Program-made: the position numbers and the translations under genes
Shown here: positions 28,809 through 39,158 of the stretch, in pieces
Layout of the letters: each line of letters starts with the position of its first letter
Position numbering within the stretch: the stretch's first letter is position 1
NCBI GenBank assembly: GCA_947466965.1
Contig: CANIFU010000003.1
Location: 23,151 to 87,150 of the forward strand
Direction: 5' to 3'
Length of the DNA: 64,000 nucleotides
From: Bacteroidota bacterium
GTDB lineage: Bacteria > Bacteroidota > Bacteroidia > 2-12-FULL-35-15
Notes under the pieces: generated by a model
Seen by the model: the letters and a program-made list of their open reading frames with translations, nothing else
Told to the model about the DNA's origin: nothing
Database searches by the model: none

Positions 28809-31082
28809 TTAGTTCTTTAAAAGTTCAAGTGCCTCCTGAATTGTAATGTATTCACCATTAAAGAATGCTAGAATAAATGCATCATCAATTCCGTTTTTTA
28901 CTAAGTCGTTTTTTGCTGATTGTGCAGTTACATAATCATGAAATGGACCTACTGTATAACGATTTAAGCCTGTTGGTGTAATTTCTTTTGTTACCAGCCC
29001 TTTCACTGATTGTAATTTTGCAGCTTTATCGGGAGGAGGTTCGTTTTTAAATACACCAACTTGAATTTTAAAAGTAACCAATTTTTTATTAACGCCATTA
29101 ACTGCAGCGTTATCTGAAGTACTTTGTTCTATTAGATCTTCTTTCTTTTGAGGTGTTGCACCCGCTTCCGTTAAAGTAACTCGTTTTCCATCTTTGTAAG
29201 CTGTTATAAAAGCACCTTGGTAACCTTTTAATAGTAAATCTACTTTGTGTTTTGCGGCATCCTCAAATGTTTTAAAAGAACCGGTCATGTATTTATAAAG
29301 ACCATCTTCAGTTTTTATTTCAATCAAATCATTTATGTCTTTAAAAACATTTTTAGATAATCTATTTTTATATGCACCCAATTGAACTCTCAGAACTATT
29401 CCCTTTGAATCAGCTGCAGAAATAGAAGTGGATATATTGTTCGAATTATTCAAGTTGTTATTCGTATTTGTAGAGGAATTACTTGTTGTATTTGTTGAAC
29501 TATTATTTGTAGTTGTTGATTTTATTGAAGTATTTATTGCTGAATTAGTTGCAGGATTTGTATTTACAGCACTGTTAGTTGCGGCTGCCGTTGAATTATT
29601 AGATAGTTGTGTTGAATATGCCGGAGCATTATAAAATTTACCATTTTGTTTGTAAACAACTTTTGCATCTGTTAATCCTTGCTCGACTAATTGCTTTTTA
29701 CGTATTTCGGCATCCAATAAATTGTTGAATTTTCCAGCAGTGTATGTTGTAGTGGAATCATCAATGTTGAAACTTGATATATCACCGATACTTAAAAATT
29801 TAGTCATTAATTCAGGTGGAAGACCTTTTTTGAAGGTGCCTATTTCTACACTGTACTCTTTTTGATATAAATTACTATAAAGTTCTTTCCCATTGTGATC
29901 ATGTCTCTCAACTGTTGCAAATGCACCTGTTGAATCCATATAAAAACGATATTTATAGTCAATAATCGAGTCGTTTAGTTGCACACCTTTAGCGTCAACA
30001 AAGGAATCTTTAGGCGAATCTAATTCATCATCTTTGTAATTTGGAACATTATCATTGTCATCATCCAAAGGACACCCTTTGATGTCAACAGGTACACCTT
30101 CTGGAGTGCCCTGACAGGAATCATTCGCATCACTAACCCCATCTTTATCTATATCAGAAAGATCAAGTGCAAAAAAATCGACATCATTAAAGGTATCATC
30201 ATCCATTTCTCCTTCCTTTTCTTTCATCCCAAATTTGTAATGCAATGAAAAAGAACTCATCATAAATTTATCATTACTTTTTTTACCAACACGATTTCCT
30301 ATACTTTCGTTAGAAATTCCATCAATATAGTCGGTAAGAGTAAAGTGCATGGTTGCACCAATTTTAAAATCCCAAAAATCGTTGATTTTAAAAATCACAC
30401 CGGCACCAACAGGAAAAGCCCAAGAACGTTCGGCGTATTTTCCGAATCCATCAAGATTCATTTCACGGATATCAGATTCGTATTTATAGTCGCGCTGAAT
30501 TTCGATTGCCATGTTTGCTGTTGGAGCACTTTGGTCAATATTACGGATTGTGCCATCAGACCAGTAGTAATAACGATTTCCGTTTCCATCAAAAATGTCA
30601 GTTTTAGAAAGGAACTCAAACGATTCGAACCCCAATGAAATATAGGGACTAGCATCTCTTGATGCTGGTAAAAAATTATCGAAATTATAAAGTAGATTGA
30701 TTCCCCCTACTCGAATCTCAGATTCAAAATTTAAGTTTCTATTATTCGGTTCGGCTCGCTCATTAGCACCTAATTTGCCAAATAAAGCATAAAAATTAAC
30801 GTCCAAATAATCAGTTAATCGTTGAGCAATACTTAGGTCATAACCTATTCGGCTAACCATTGGTGCTTGAAAATGTTTAACGTAAAGATCCCCGTAAAAA
30901 GAAAACATTCCAGTGCCAATACCTATGGCAGGTTTGAAAATGAATTCTTTTTTATCTTTTAATTTATTGGAATATGATGAAGGGGAAGTTGCACTATCAA
31001 CAATGGAGGAAGTTTCTGTTTGAGAATATAAAACAGAGTTGAAAAATAAGAATAATAGTATGATTTTTATTCCTTTAACCAT
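28809..31082 (-). CDS. Outer-membrane beta-barrel protein with TSP3 calcium-binding repeats and two C-terminal SPOR domains
   Basis: Signal peptide. N-terminal about 280 aa of alternating-hydrophobic beta-strand pattern. Thrombospondin type-3 repeats (DKDGVSDANDSCQG...CPLDDDNDNVPNYKD). A long N/S/T low-complexity linker. Two SPOR-like modules (RVQLGAYKN...GAFITAY and FKIQVGVFKN...DAFILAF). Confidence 0.7.
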   Translation of the reverse strand: MVKGIKIILLFLFFNSVLYSQTETSSIVDSATSPSSYSNKLKDKKEFIFKPAIGIGTGMFSFYGDLYVKHFQAPMVSRIGYDLSIAQRLTDYLDVNFYALFGKLGANERAEPNNRNLNFESEIRVGGINLLYNFDNFLPASRDASPYISLGFESFEFLSKTDIFDGNGNRYYYWSDGTIRNIDQSAPTANMAIEIQRDYKYESDIREMNLDGFGKYAERSWAFPVGAGVIFKINDFWDFKIGATMHFTLTDYIDGISNESIGNRVGKKSNDKFMMSSFSLHYKFGMKEKEGEMDDDTFNDVDFFALDLSDIDKDGVSDANDSCQGTPEGVPVDIKGCPLDDDNDNVPNYKDDELDSPKDSFVDAKGVQLNDSIIDYKYRFYMDSTGAFATVERHDHNGKELYSNLYQKEYSVEIGTFKKGLPPELMTKFLSIGDISSFNIDDSTTTYTAGKFNNLLDAEIRKKQLVEQGLTDAKVVYKQNGKFYNAPAYSTQLSNNSTAAATNSAVNTNPATNSAINTSIKSTTTNNSSTNTTSNSSTNTNNNLNNSNNISTSISAADSKGIVLRVQLGAYKNRLSKNVFKDINDLIEIKTEDGLYKYMTGSFKTFEDAAKHKVDLLLKGYQGAFITAYKDGKRVTLTEAGATPQKKEDLIEQSTSDNAAVNGVNKKLVTFKIQVGVFKNEPPPDKAAKLQSVKGLVTKEITPTGLNRYTVGPFHDYVTAQSAKNDLVKNGIDDAFILAFFNGEYITIQEALELLKN

Positions 31083-31149
31083 AGTTGCAAATATAATAAA
31101 AAAATCAGTCTAACCGAAGTATAAATGCGCTTTTAAGGCGTTTCTAAAG

Positions 31150-32574
31150 TTATCTATACCATTTCTGGCTAGTAATCATAATTGCTTCCTGAACTGTTAT
31201 TCTTTTTCCGCTGCTATAAGCAGTTACAAAAGAGTCAGCAACACCTTTATTTCGAATCTCTTCACGTGAATCACGAGCTCCTTTATAATCATTATGAGAA
31301 CCTACTATATATTTTGTAAATCCTTCCGCCATTTCAGTATTTACTTTATCATTGATATTATATCTTGCTGCAAGGATATTTGCATCAATAGCGTTGTGTA
31401 AAGCAGCAATCTGAATGCGATAATTCACATTGGTTTGAGCTGCAGGTATAGTACTTGCTGCCGACAGGGATTTAGAACTTGAAGCTGTTGTATTTGTTTC
31501 CGTTGTATTTACAGGTAAAGTTGTTGAGGTAACAGAAGTAGTTGAAGTAGTCGGATTTGTTGTTGCTTCAGCTGTTGTAGTTTTATTGGGAGTAGTAGAA
31601 GTAGGGGAAGTAGTAGCAGTTACAAGCGGATTTGAATCACTTACAATAGCGAAAGTACTTGTTGGAATGATGTATTTTTTGGTTTCATCATTTTCAATAT
31701 AAGAGAAAACGCCATCAATGTTTTGATTGCCAGTTACTCCGGAAGGAACAGTTACTTTGTAAGAGATCGTGAATTCTGTTTGAGAGGGCATCGATACCCA
31801 TACAAATTTTACTTTTTGTGTTTTAGTATCGAAACTAAAAGATGCTCCTTGAACATTACCGGCAGTTGCAGTAAATCCTATAGGGAGTGCTTCCACTAGT
31901 TTTGCAAATCCGGTTATATTTCCTTTATTCACTAGTATTTCAACTATAAAATTGTCAGTAACATTACTCGGTACTGTTCTTGTGGAAATAATTGAAGATG
32001 GCTCAGTACTACTTGATGAAGGTGAAGAGGTAATCGGTTGAGTTGTATTTGTTGTAGTTTCGTTTGTTATAATTCCATTTGTTGAATTTTCTGGTGTTGT
32101 AGTTTGAGCAGTTGTTGTTACTAATGTGGTAATTTCAGGTTGAATTTTAGAATCAACAGTAATTGTTGATGCTGCAATTACAATAGTTTGTTTTACGTTG
32201 TCAGAAACATATGAAAACTTGCCTGCAATAACTTTTTCGCCATTGATACCAGCAGCAACTTTTACTTTGTATTTTATTTTAAATTCTTTATCCGTGGGGA
32301 GAGACATCCATATGAATTTTACAGATTGGTTTGTAAATGTGAATGAAGCTCCGTTATTTTCATCTTGAACGGCTGTAAAACCTTCAGGCAAATCTTGTTG
32401 TAGTTTCGCAAACCCTCCTACAGAACCTTTATTGACGGTAAGTTCAACAGTAAATTCGCTATCAGATTTTACCGATGAAGGAATGTTTTGTGTTACGGTA
32501 ATACCCTCAGCGAAGAAAAACTGATAAATCAACAAGGCTATTGTATTGAAAAGAAGAGCTGCGTATTTTAACAT
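31150..32574 (-). CDS. Secreted/membrane-anchored protein with an internal duplicated ~100-aa domain and a C-terminal SPOR domain
   Basis: N-terminal hydrophobic anchor. Two homologous modules (...VELTVNKGSVGGFAKLQQDLPEGFTAV...KFIWMSLP... and ...VEILVNKGNITGFAKLVEALPIGFTAT...KFVWVSMP...) separated by Thr-rich linkers. C-terminal 'YRIQIAALHNA...DSFVTAY' is a SPOR-like fold signature. Confidence 0.6.
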   Translation of the reverse strand: MLKYAALLFNTIALLIYQFFFAEGITVTQNIPSSVKSDSEFTVELTVNKGSVGGFAKLQQDLPEGFTAVQDENNGASFTFTNQSVKFIWMSLPTDKEFKIKYKVKVAAGINGEKVIAGKFSYVSDNVKQTIVIAASTITVDSKIQPEITTLVTTTAQTTTPENSTNGIITNETTTNTTQPITSSPSSSSTEPSSIISTRTVPSNVTDNFIVEILVNKGNITGFAKLVEALPIGFTATAGNVQGASFSFDTKTQKVKFVWVSMPSQTEFTISYKVTVPSGVTGNQNIDGVFSYIENDETKKYIIPTSTFAIVSDSNPLVTATTSPTSTTPNKTTTAEATTNPTTSTTSVTSTTLPVNTTETNTTASSSKSLSAASTIPAAQTNVNYRIQIAALHNAIDANILAARYNINDKVNTEMAEGFTKYIVGSHNDYKGARDSREEIRNKGVADSFVTAYSSGKRITVQEAIMITSQKWYR

Positions 32575-32603
32575 AAAGTTTGTATTTGTGTTTACTTATA
32601 TAC

Positions 32604-33914
32604 TTATTGTTCAAAGAAAAAGTCAATTAAATCATTTAATTTTTCTACTGTAAAATTTGATTCACCTTGAAGAAACATATCAATTGCCGAAGTAATTTCT
32701 TCTGTTGAAATAAATCCATCATTATTTAAATCTGCTGTTCTTATTGCATACGGTATTGAATTGGCAGCAGCTGGATTTGATTTTCTTGTTTCAGTGGAAG
32801 CAGCTTCAACGTTTTTAAGATAAGATAAACTTGGATTTTCATTAAACAGCTGGCTCCTTTCTGTTGCAAGTGAATCAAATTGATTTTGTTTGTCAGCAAT
32901 CATTTTGTCAGTTATTGTAACTCCTTGCTCATCAACTATGGCATTTATTTTTGTCATTAATTCCTTATCTAGATAGTCTGGAATTCCATCTTCATCATTG
33001 TCATCAGGGCATCCTCTTTCGTTTACTTTAATGTCTTTAGGTGTTCCAGGACATTTATCGTCAGCATCATTAACACCGTCAGCATCATTATCAAGCTTTT
33101 CTAAAGCCGAAAAATCTACATGGTTATAGATTGGGTTACTTTCCTCTTTTTCTTTTCCAAAGTTGTATTGTATTGAAACATTAGCGAAAATATATTTATC
33201 ATTTTTACCTTCTTTAAAATTATCTATCCAATCAGAAAAACTTAAGTAATAAGTAGCACCAATATTTACAGAAAGACTGTTAAGAATTTTAAGATTAAAA
33301 CCTCCACCGATAGGAACCGTAAGTGAAGATCTTCCATAGGAATTAACCGAATCTACTAATTTTGTTTCGTAAGTATAATCTCTTTGTATGATTATGGATG
33401 TTGAAGCCAAAGGGTCAGATTCTGCTCTGTCATGTATAGTTCCATCGCTCCAATAATTATATTTTATATTATTTTTATCAGTAAGATCACCATGAGGATT
33501 AAATTTTAAATAGCCTATCCCTACAAACAAATAAGGAGCAAAAACACTTGTTCTGCTAAAAATTAAGTCATTATCAAAATGCAATACAATGTTTAAATCA
33601 CCTTGCATTATTTCTGATTCAAAATTGAGACTTCTATCTTTTGTTCTTTCACTATCAGATAATTTTCCGTAGAGGCCATTGAATGATATTGCTAAGTATT
33701 TTCCAATGCGCTGCTCAATTGTAAAATTGTAACCTGCTCTAATTTTCGACAAAGAACTCAAGTCAGCGCCATTTCCTATGTCACCATTAAAGGAGAGTAT
33801 TCCAGCACCAATTGCAACAGAAGGAAATTGTTTTACTTTTGCCGTTTTTTGGGCAAAAATACTGCTTGTTGCCCAAAAAAATAACACAACAAATAGTAAA
33901 CGTATGTTTTTCAT
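32604..33914 (-). CDS. Outer-membrane beta-barrel protein with TSP3 repeats and a C-terminal EF-hand
   Basis: Paralogous to the N-terminal half of the 28809-31082 product (GAGILSFNGD.. / YNYWSDGTI.. / IIQRDYTYE..). TSP3 repeats (DNDADGVNDADDKCPG...CPDDNDEDGIPDYLD). Canonical EF-hand loop 'DLNNDGFISTEE'. Confidence 0.7.
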   Translation of the reverse strand: MKNIRLLFVVLFFWATSSIFAQKTAKVKQFPSVAIGAGILSFNGDIGNGADLSSLSKIRAGYNFTIEQRIGKYLAISFNGLYGKLSDSERTKDRSLNFESEIMQGDLNIVLHFDNDLIFSRTSVFAPYLFVGIGYLKFNPHGDLTDKNNIKYNYWSDGTIHDRAESDPLASTSIIIQRDYTYETKLVDSVNSYGRSSLTVPIGGGFNLKILNSLSVNIGATYYLSFSDWIDNFKEGKNDKYIFANVSIQYNFGKEKEESNPIYNHVDFSALEKLDNDADGVNDADDKCPGTPKDIKVNERGCPDDNDEDGIPDYLDKELMTKINAIVDEQGVTITDKMIADKQNQFDSLATERSQLFNENPSLSYLKNVEAASTETRKSNPAAANSIPYAIRTADLNNDGFISTEEITSAIDMFLQGESNFTVEKLNDLIDFFFEQ

Positions 33915-34244
33915 GTTGGTTTTAATAATAATAACTACCTATGCATATATATTTTAAGAAATATTTCAGATATAGTAATTCATTAAAATAAGCTCTTAAC
34001 AAAACTATTGCAGTTTGTGGTGTATTTGATGTAACATTAATTGTAATTACAAACAGAACTTTGTTAATAACCGTGTTTAGGATTGCTTTTAATTAATAAA
34101 TGAATAAATGCTAGGAAATACTTAGTGTATTGAATGGTTGTTTTTTGGGGAGGGCTTACAGTAGTCTATTTTTTTTCAAAACGTAATCTATGAAAATTTA
34201 TTTAGAATCAGAAAAACAGTATATGTTGAAATTAAATTGCTTCC

Positions 34245-35348
34245 TTAATTCGAACGGGTAGTGAATTCGTATATTTTCCCTTCATACAAAAATCCAATCG
34301 TATTGTTGTATTTGAATACCGGAAGATCCTGATTTAAGTTGATTGTATATGGTTTTTGAACATAGAAATTTTCAACTATTTTACCTTTGTAAAAATATTT
34401 TGGTCGGTTGATATTACTAAAATAAACAAGTGAATTGTTGCCAGTAATAATATTTTTCTGTTCAATAAGTGGCTCAGAATATATTTGCCCATCATAGATG
34501 ATTTTTAATTCAGAATCAAACGCATAGAAAAGGATGTTGTTTTTAGAAAAATAATAGTCAGGCTTTCGAGAATCAATTTTTGTAATAGCGCCATCATAAA
34601 AAATGTAAAAATTATCTTTTGTATCCGTATATGCTACCATGTCATTTGATACTTTGAAATCTTGAATAATTTCTTTACTGATTACTTTAAATTCTCCATT
34701 ATAAAAGACATTGAATGTATTTTTGTATTCATCAATGAATGCAACAATATTGTGTCCACATTCATAACTATTGATTCTTATGCCTTCGGTGTCATAAATT
34801 TTTCCTTTGAAGTAAATTTTTAGATTGAAATCAAGGTCATTGAATGCCATAATGTTATTTTCTACTTTGTAATCGTAAATTACACTAGCGTTTGTTGCAT
34901 AAATGATTGTTTTAATCTCGCCATTTTCGTATGACATGTAATTCATGCTGGGTAAAGCTTGCCAAACAATTAAAGAATCTCCGGCTGCAAATTTATCAGC
35001 ATTTTTTGAAAGTAATTTTTTTTCTCCTTTTTCGAAGATCATAAGTCGTTGTTGCATCTTATAAATAAGCGCCTTAGGTGTTGCAACAACTTGATTCGGA
35101 AAATTTTCTTCTAGAACTTGCTTTTCTCCGTTATAGTAGGAAATAAAACTATTTTTTGAGTCGGTATAAGCAATGTAGTCGTTTCCAATTTTTATATTCG
35201 TAACGGGGTAGTTTTCAATTTGTCGTTCAATGCCTTTGTCGAAAACATGAAAATTATTCATATAGTCATGAAACACTCCCAAACCACTTTGTGAATATAC
35301 ATTTGATAGTGTAGCCAGAAATAGTAATGAAAAATAAAATTTAGCCAT
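34245..35348 (-). CDS. Secreted repeat protein (about 8 short beta-rich repeats, likely a propeller/solenoid)
   Basis: Signal peptide. Recurring about 40-45-aa units marked by 'F.VF..G', 'YYNGE', 'FYNGEF', 'FYDGAI', 'IIYDGQI', 'FYKGKI' and 'LYEGKIYEF'. Confidence 0.55.
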   Translation of the reverse strand: MAKFYFSLLFLATLSNVYSQSGLGVFHDYMNNFHVFDKGIERQIENYPVTNIKIGNDYIAYTDSKNSFISYYNGEKQVLEENFPNQVVATPKALIYKMQQRLMIFEKGEKKLLSKNADKFAAGDSLIVWQALPSMNYMSYENGEIKTIIYATNASVIYDYKVENNIMAFNDLDFNLKIYFKGKIYDTEGIRINSYECGHNIVAFIDEYKNTFNVFYNGEFKVISKEIIQDFKVSNDMVAYTDTKDNFYIFYDGAITKIDSRKPDYYFSKNNILFYAFDSELKIIYDGQIYSEPLIEQKNIITGNNSLVYFSNINRPKYFYKGKIVENFYVQKPYTINLNQDLPVFKYNNTIGFLYEGKIYEFTTRSN

Positions 35349-35351
35349 TCA

Positions 35352-36065
35352 TTAAAAATTTGGCTTCAATAAATATTTAGAATAGAATTCGTTTATGATT
35401 GCAACAGCTTCATCGGAAGTATCAACGATCTTAAATAATTCAAGATCTTTTTCGCTGATATTGTGCTCTTCGTGAAGCATTGTTTGTTTTACCCAAGTTA
35501 TTAAACCGTCCCAATATTTTTTTCCAACCAATACAATAGGGAAGTGTGCTACTTTATTGGTTTGAATCAATGTAATGGCTTCAAATAATTCGTCCAGCGT
35601 TCCGAAGCCACCTGGCATTGCAATAAATCCTTGAGAATATTTTAAGAAAATAGTTTTACGAACGAAAAAGTAATCAAAATTTATATTTTTGTCATTATCA
35701 ACAAAAGGGTTTGAACTTTGCTCAAAAGGTAAAACAATGTTTAGGCCAACCGATTTGCCTCCTCCATTTTTAGCACCTTTATTTGCAGCCTCCATAATTC
35801 CAGGTCCTCCGCCACTGATTATTCCATAACCTTCACGTGTTAATTTATATGCAATTTCTTCAGCCAATAAATAATAGGGGTTAGTTGTCTTAGTTCGAGC
35901 AGATCCAAAGATTGAAACGCAGGGGCCGATGCGGCTCATTTTTTCAAATCCTTCTACAAATTCGCTCATAATTTTAAATATTTGCCACGAATCGGATGCT
36001 TTGATATCGTTCCAGTCTTTTGCAGCAAACGCTTTTCTTATTTTGTCTTCTTCTTGATTGGTCAT
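35352..36065 (-). CDS. LOG-family (TIGR00730) cytokinin riboside 5'-monophosphate phosphoribohydrolase-like protein
   Basis: 'GGGPGIMEA' and 'PGGFGTLDEL' signature motifs. 237 aa. Confidence 0.8.
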   Translation of the reverse strand: MTNQEEDKIRKAFAAKDWNDIKASDSWQIFKIMSEFVEGFEKMSRIGPCVSIFGSARTKTTNPYYLLAEEIAYKLTREGYGIISGGGPGIMEAANKGAKNGGGKSVGLNIVLPFEQSSNPFVDNDKNINFDYFFVRKTIFLKYSQGFIAMPGGFGTLDELFEAITLIQTNKVAHFPIVLVGKKYWDGLITWVKQTMLHEEHNISEKDLELFKIVDTSDEAVAIINEFYSKYLLKPNF

Positions 36066-36113
36066 TCTATAACTATAATTTGTTACTATTTTTTTATCAG
36101 GACTATTCTTTTT

Positions 36114-38972
36114 TTAACGGTATTCTTCTTTTAAAAATTTTGCTGTATAGCTTATTTTGTTTTTGATAATTTCTATTGGTGTACCCTGACATAAAATTTC
36201 GCCTCCTGCATTTCCTCCTTCAATTCCTATATCAATTATATGATCAGCTACTTTGATAATATCCATATTATGTTCAATGACTAAAACTGAATTACCATTA
36301 TCAACCAGTTTGTTTAATACTTCCAATAAAATGCGGATGTCTTCAAAATGCAATCCTGTTGTAGGTTCATCCAAAATATAAAAAGTATTTCCAGTATCTC
36401 TTTTTGATAATTCGGTTGCAAGTTTAACGCGTTGAGCTTCCCCTCCTGATAATGTAGTGCTTTGTTGTCCCAGTGTAATATAACCTAATCCTACATCTTT
36501 TAATGTTCTTATTTTTTGAATAATAGATGGAATACTACTAAAAAATTCAACTGCATTATCAATAGTCATATTTAAAACATCGCTAATTGATTTTCCCTTA
36601 AATCTGATTTCTAATGTTTCTTTATTGTATCTTTTACCATTACACGTTTCACATTTAACATAAACATCAGGCAGGAAATTCATTTCTATTGTTCTTAATC
36701 CAGCACCTTGACATGTTTCGCATCGTCCTCCCTTAACATTGAATGAAAATCTTCCAGGTTTATATCCACGTATCTTGGCTTCAGGAATTTCGGCAAACAA
36801 GGTTCTTATGTCTGAAAATACATTGGTGTATGTTGCGGGATTACTTCGTGGAGTTCTGCCAATAGGAGATTGGTCGATATCAATTACCTTATCGATGTAT
36901 TCCAATCCTGATATTGATTTGTAAGGCATTGGTTTCTTTTCAGAACGATAAAAATGTTTATTCAATATCGGGTAAAGAGTTTCATTTATGAGTGTTGATT
37001 TACCACTTCCGGATACACCGGTTACACAAATTAATTTTCCTAGTGGAAATTCTACAGAAACATCTTTTAAGTTATTTCCTTTAGCACCTTTTAATACAAG
37101 TGATTTACCATTTCCTTTTCTGTATACTTTTGGAATAGCAATTTCTTTTATTCCATTAATATAGTCTGAAGTAAGGGTATGAAATTTTAAAATTTCTGAT
37201 GGTGTTCCTTGTGCAATTATTTTACCACCGTGAATACCTGCTGCTGGACCTACATCAATTACGTGATCTGCAGCTAGTATCATTTCCTTGTCGTGTTCAA
37301 CAACAATTACTGAATTGCCGATATCTCTCAGGTTTTTTAGTGCGTTTATTAAACGAACATTATCGCGTTGATGTAATCCAATGCTAGGTTCATCCAAAAT
37401 ATACAAAACTCCAACAAGTTGAGAGCCTATTTGTGTTGCTAACCGAATACGTTGTGCTTCACCTCCGGAGAGTGATCTTGAACTTCTGTTCAGTGAAAGG
37501 TAATCCAAGCCAACATCCAATAAAAAAGTGATTCGTGTTCTTATTTCTTTTAGAACTTCTTTGGCAATTGTATTTTGTTTTGAGGTTAATCGCGCTTCTA
37601 TATTTTTAAACCATTTATTTAATTCAATAATACCCATTTCGGATAGTTCTGCAATATTTTTATTGTCGATTTTAAAGTGAAGTGATTCTTTCTTTAATTT
37701 TGTTCCACTACATTTTGAACAAGTTACTTTATTCATAAATCCTTGAATCCATTTCTCTGTTGTAGGTGAACTTTGTTCATCGTTTTGTTTGATGATAAAG
37801 TTTGCAATGCCTTCAAATGCTAAACTGTAACTCGTTGCCGCACTGTCGGTATATTGTTTGATTTTAAATACTTCATCAGATCCGAACAGTATCGTGTTCA
37901 TCGCTTCATCAGAAATATCTTCAATCGGAGAATCAAGTGTAAATCCATATTTATCACCTATGGCTTCTAATTGTTTGAATATCCATGTAGATTTATATGC
38001 TCCAATGGGAGCAATTGCTCCTTTTCGTATGGTTGATTTTTTATCTGGAATAATTTTGTTGATGTCCACTTCCGAAATCATTCCAAGTCCTGTACAAACA
38101 GGACATGCCCCATAAGGTGAATTGAAGGAAAATAAATTTGGTTGAGGTTCATCATACGAAATACCAGAAGTCGGACACATTAAATGCCTGCTATAATATT
38201 CTACTTTTCCGTATTCTTCTTCCAGTTTTCCCGACTTAAAAGGTTGAACCATACTGATTCCTTTTCCTTGTTTCATAGCCAGTTGTATAGATTCTGATAT
38301 GCGTGGACGGGCATCAGCATTTACTTCCAGGCGGTCAATTACAATCTCAATGTCGTGAACTTTGTAGCGGTCAAGTTGAATACGGCTTGTTAATTCAACA
38401 ACTTTCCCATCAATTCGAACCCGAAGATACCCCCACTTTTTTATTTGTTCAAATAATTCGCGATAGTGACCTTTTCTCCCTTTTACTACCGGTGCTAGTA
38501 GTACTATTTTTTCTCCTTGAAATTTTTCCAGAATCAAATGAATGATTTGATCATCGGAATAACGAACCATTTTTTCTCCTGTTACATAGGAATAAGCATC
38601 CGAAGTTCTTGCATATAACAATCGCAAAAAATCATAGATTTCTGTAATTGTTCCAACTGTTGATCTGGGATTTTTATTGACTGTTTTCTGTTCTATAGCA
38701 ATAACAGGGCTTAATCCTGTTATCTTGTCAACATCTGGCCGTTCCATGTTTCCAAGAAATTGTCGGGCATATGCTGAAAAACTTTCTATATATCTTCTTT
38801 GGCCCTCAGCATAAATTGTATCAAAAGCAAGAGATGATTTTCCACTGCCGCTTAAACCGGTAATAACTACTAATTTGTTTCGTGGAATGGTTACATCAAT
38901 ATTCTTAAGATTGTGCGCTCGTGCTCCAATAACTTCCAGGTAATCTATTTCACTATTACTTGCACTAGACAT
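36114..38972 (-). CDS. uvrA: Excinuclease ABC subunit A
   Basis: 952 aa. Two ABC ATPase modules ('[10 protein letters not shown]' and '[10 protein letters not shown]' Walker A; two 'LSGGE(A)QR' signatures). Zinc-finger CxxC pairs. Confidence 0.97.
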   Translation of the reverse strand: MSSASNSEIDYLEVIGARAHNLKNIDVTIPRNKLVVITGLSGSGKSSLAFDTIYAEGQRRYIESFSAYARQFLGNMERPDVDKITGLSPVIAIEQKTVNKNPRSTVGTITEIYDFLRLLYARTSDAYSYVTGEKMVRYSDDQIIHLILEKFQGEKIVLLAPVVKGRKGHYRELFEQIKKWGYLRVRIDGKVVELTSRIQLDRYKVHDIEIVIDRLEVNADARPRISESIQLAMKQGKGISMVQPFKSGKLEEEYGKVEYYSRHLMCPTSGISYDEPQPNLFSFNSPYGACPVCTGLGMISEVDINKIIPDKKSTIRKGAIAPIGAYKSTWIFKQLEAIGDKYGFTLDSPIEDISDEAMNTILFGSDEVFKIKQYTDSAATSYSLAFEGIANFIIKQNDEQSSPTTEKWIQGFMNKVTCSKCSGTKLKKESLHFKIDNKNIAELSEMGIIELNKWFKNIEARLTSKQNTIAKEVLKEIRTRITFLLDVGLDYLSLNRSSRSLSGGEAQRIRLATQIGSQLVGVLYILDEPSIGLHQRDNVRLINALKNLRDIGNSVIVVEHDKEMILAADHVIDVGPAAGIHGGKIIAQGTPSEILKFHTLTSDYINGIKEIAIPKVYRKGNGKSLVLKGAKGNNLKDVSVEFPLGKLICVTGVSGSGKSTLINETLYPILNKHFYRSEKKPMPYKSISGLEYIDKVIDIDQSPIGRTPRSNPATYTNVFSDIRTLFAEIPEAKIRGYKPGRFSFNVKGGRCETCQGAGLRTIEMNFLPDVYVKCETCNGKRYNKETLEIRFKGKSISDVLNMTIDNAVEFFSSIPSIIQKIRTLKDVGLGYITLGQQSTTLSGGEAQRVKLATELSKRDTGNTFYILDEPTTGLHFEDIRILLEVLNKLVDNGNSVLVIEHNMDIIKVADHIIDIGIEGGNAGGEILCQGTPIEIIKNKISYTAKFLKEEYR

Positions 38973-39158
38973 TCAGTTGGTATTTATTATTCTATTTTGT
39001 AAGATATTCACTTTTACAAATGTAAGGAACAATCAATTAAGTACAAGTTGATTACATTAATTTAATGGAGAATATTTTCTATTGTTGGTTTTGATTGAAA
39101 TGGAATTGGTGAAAGGATTTTCCAAGGAAAAATAATTAAAAAATAATAAAGAACATTT

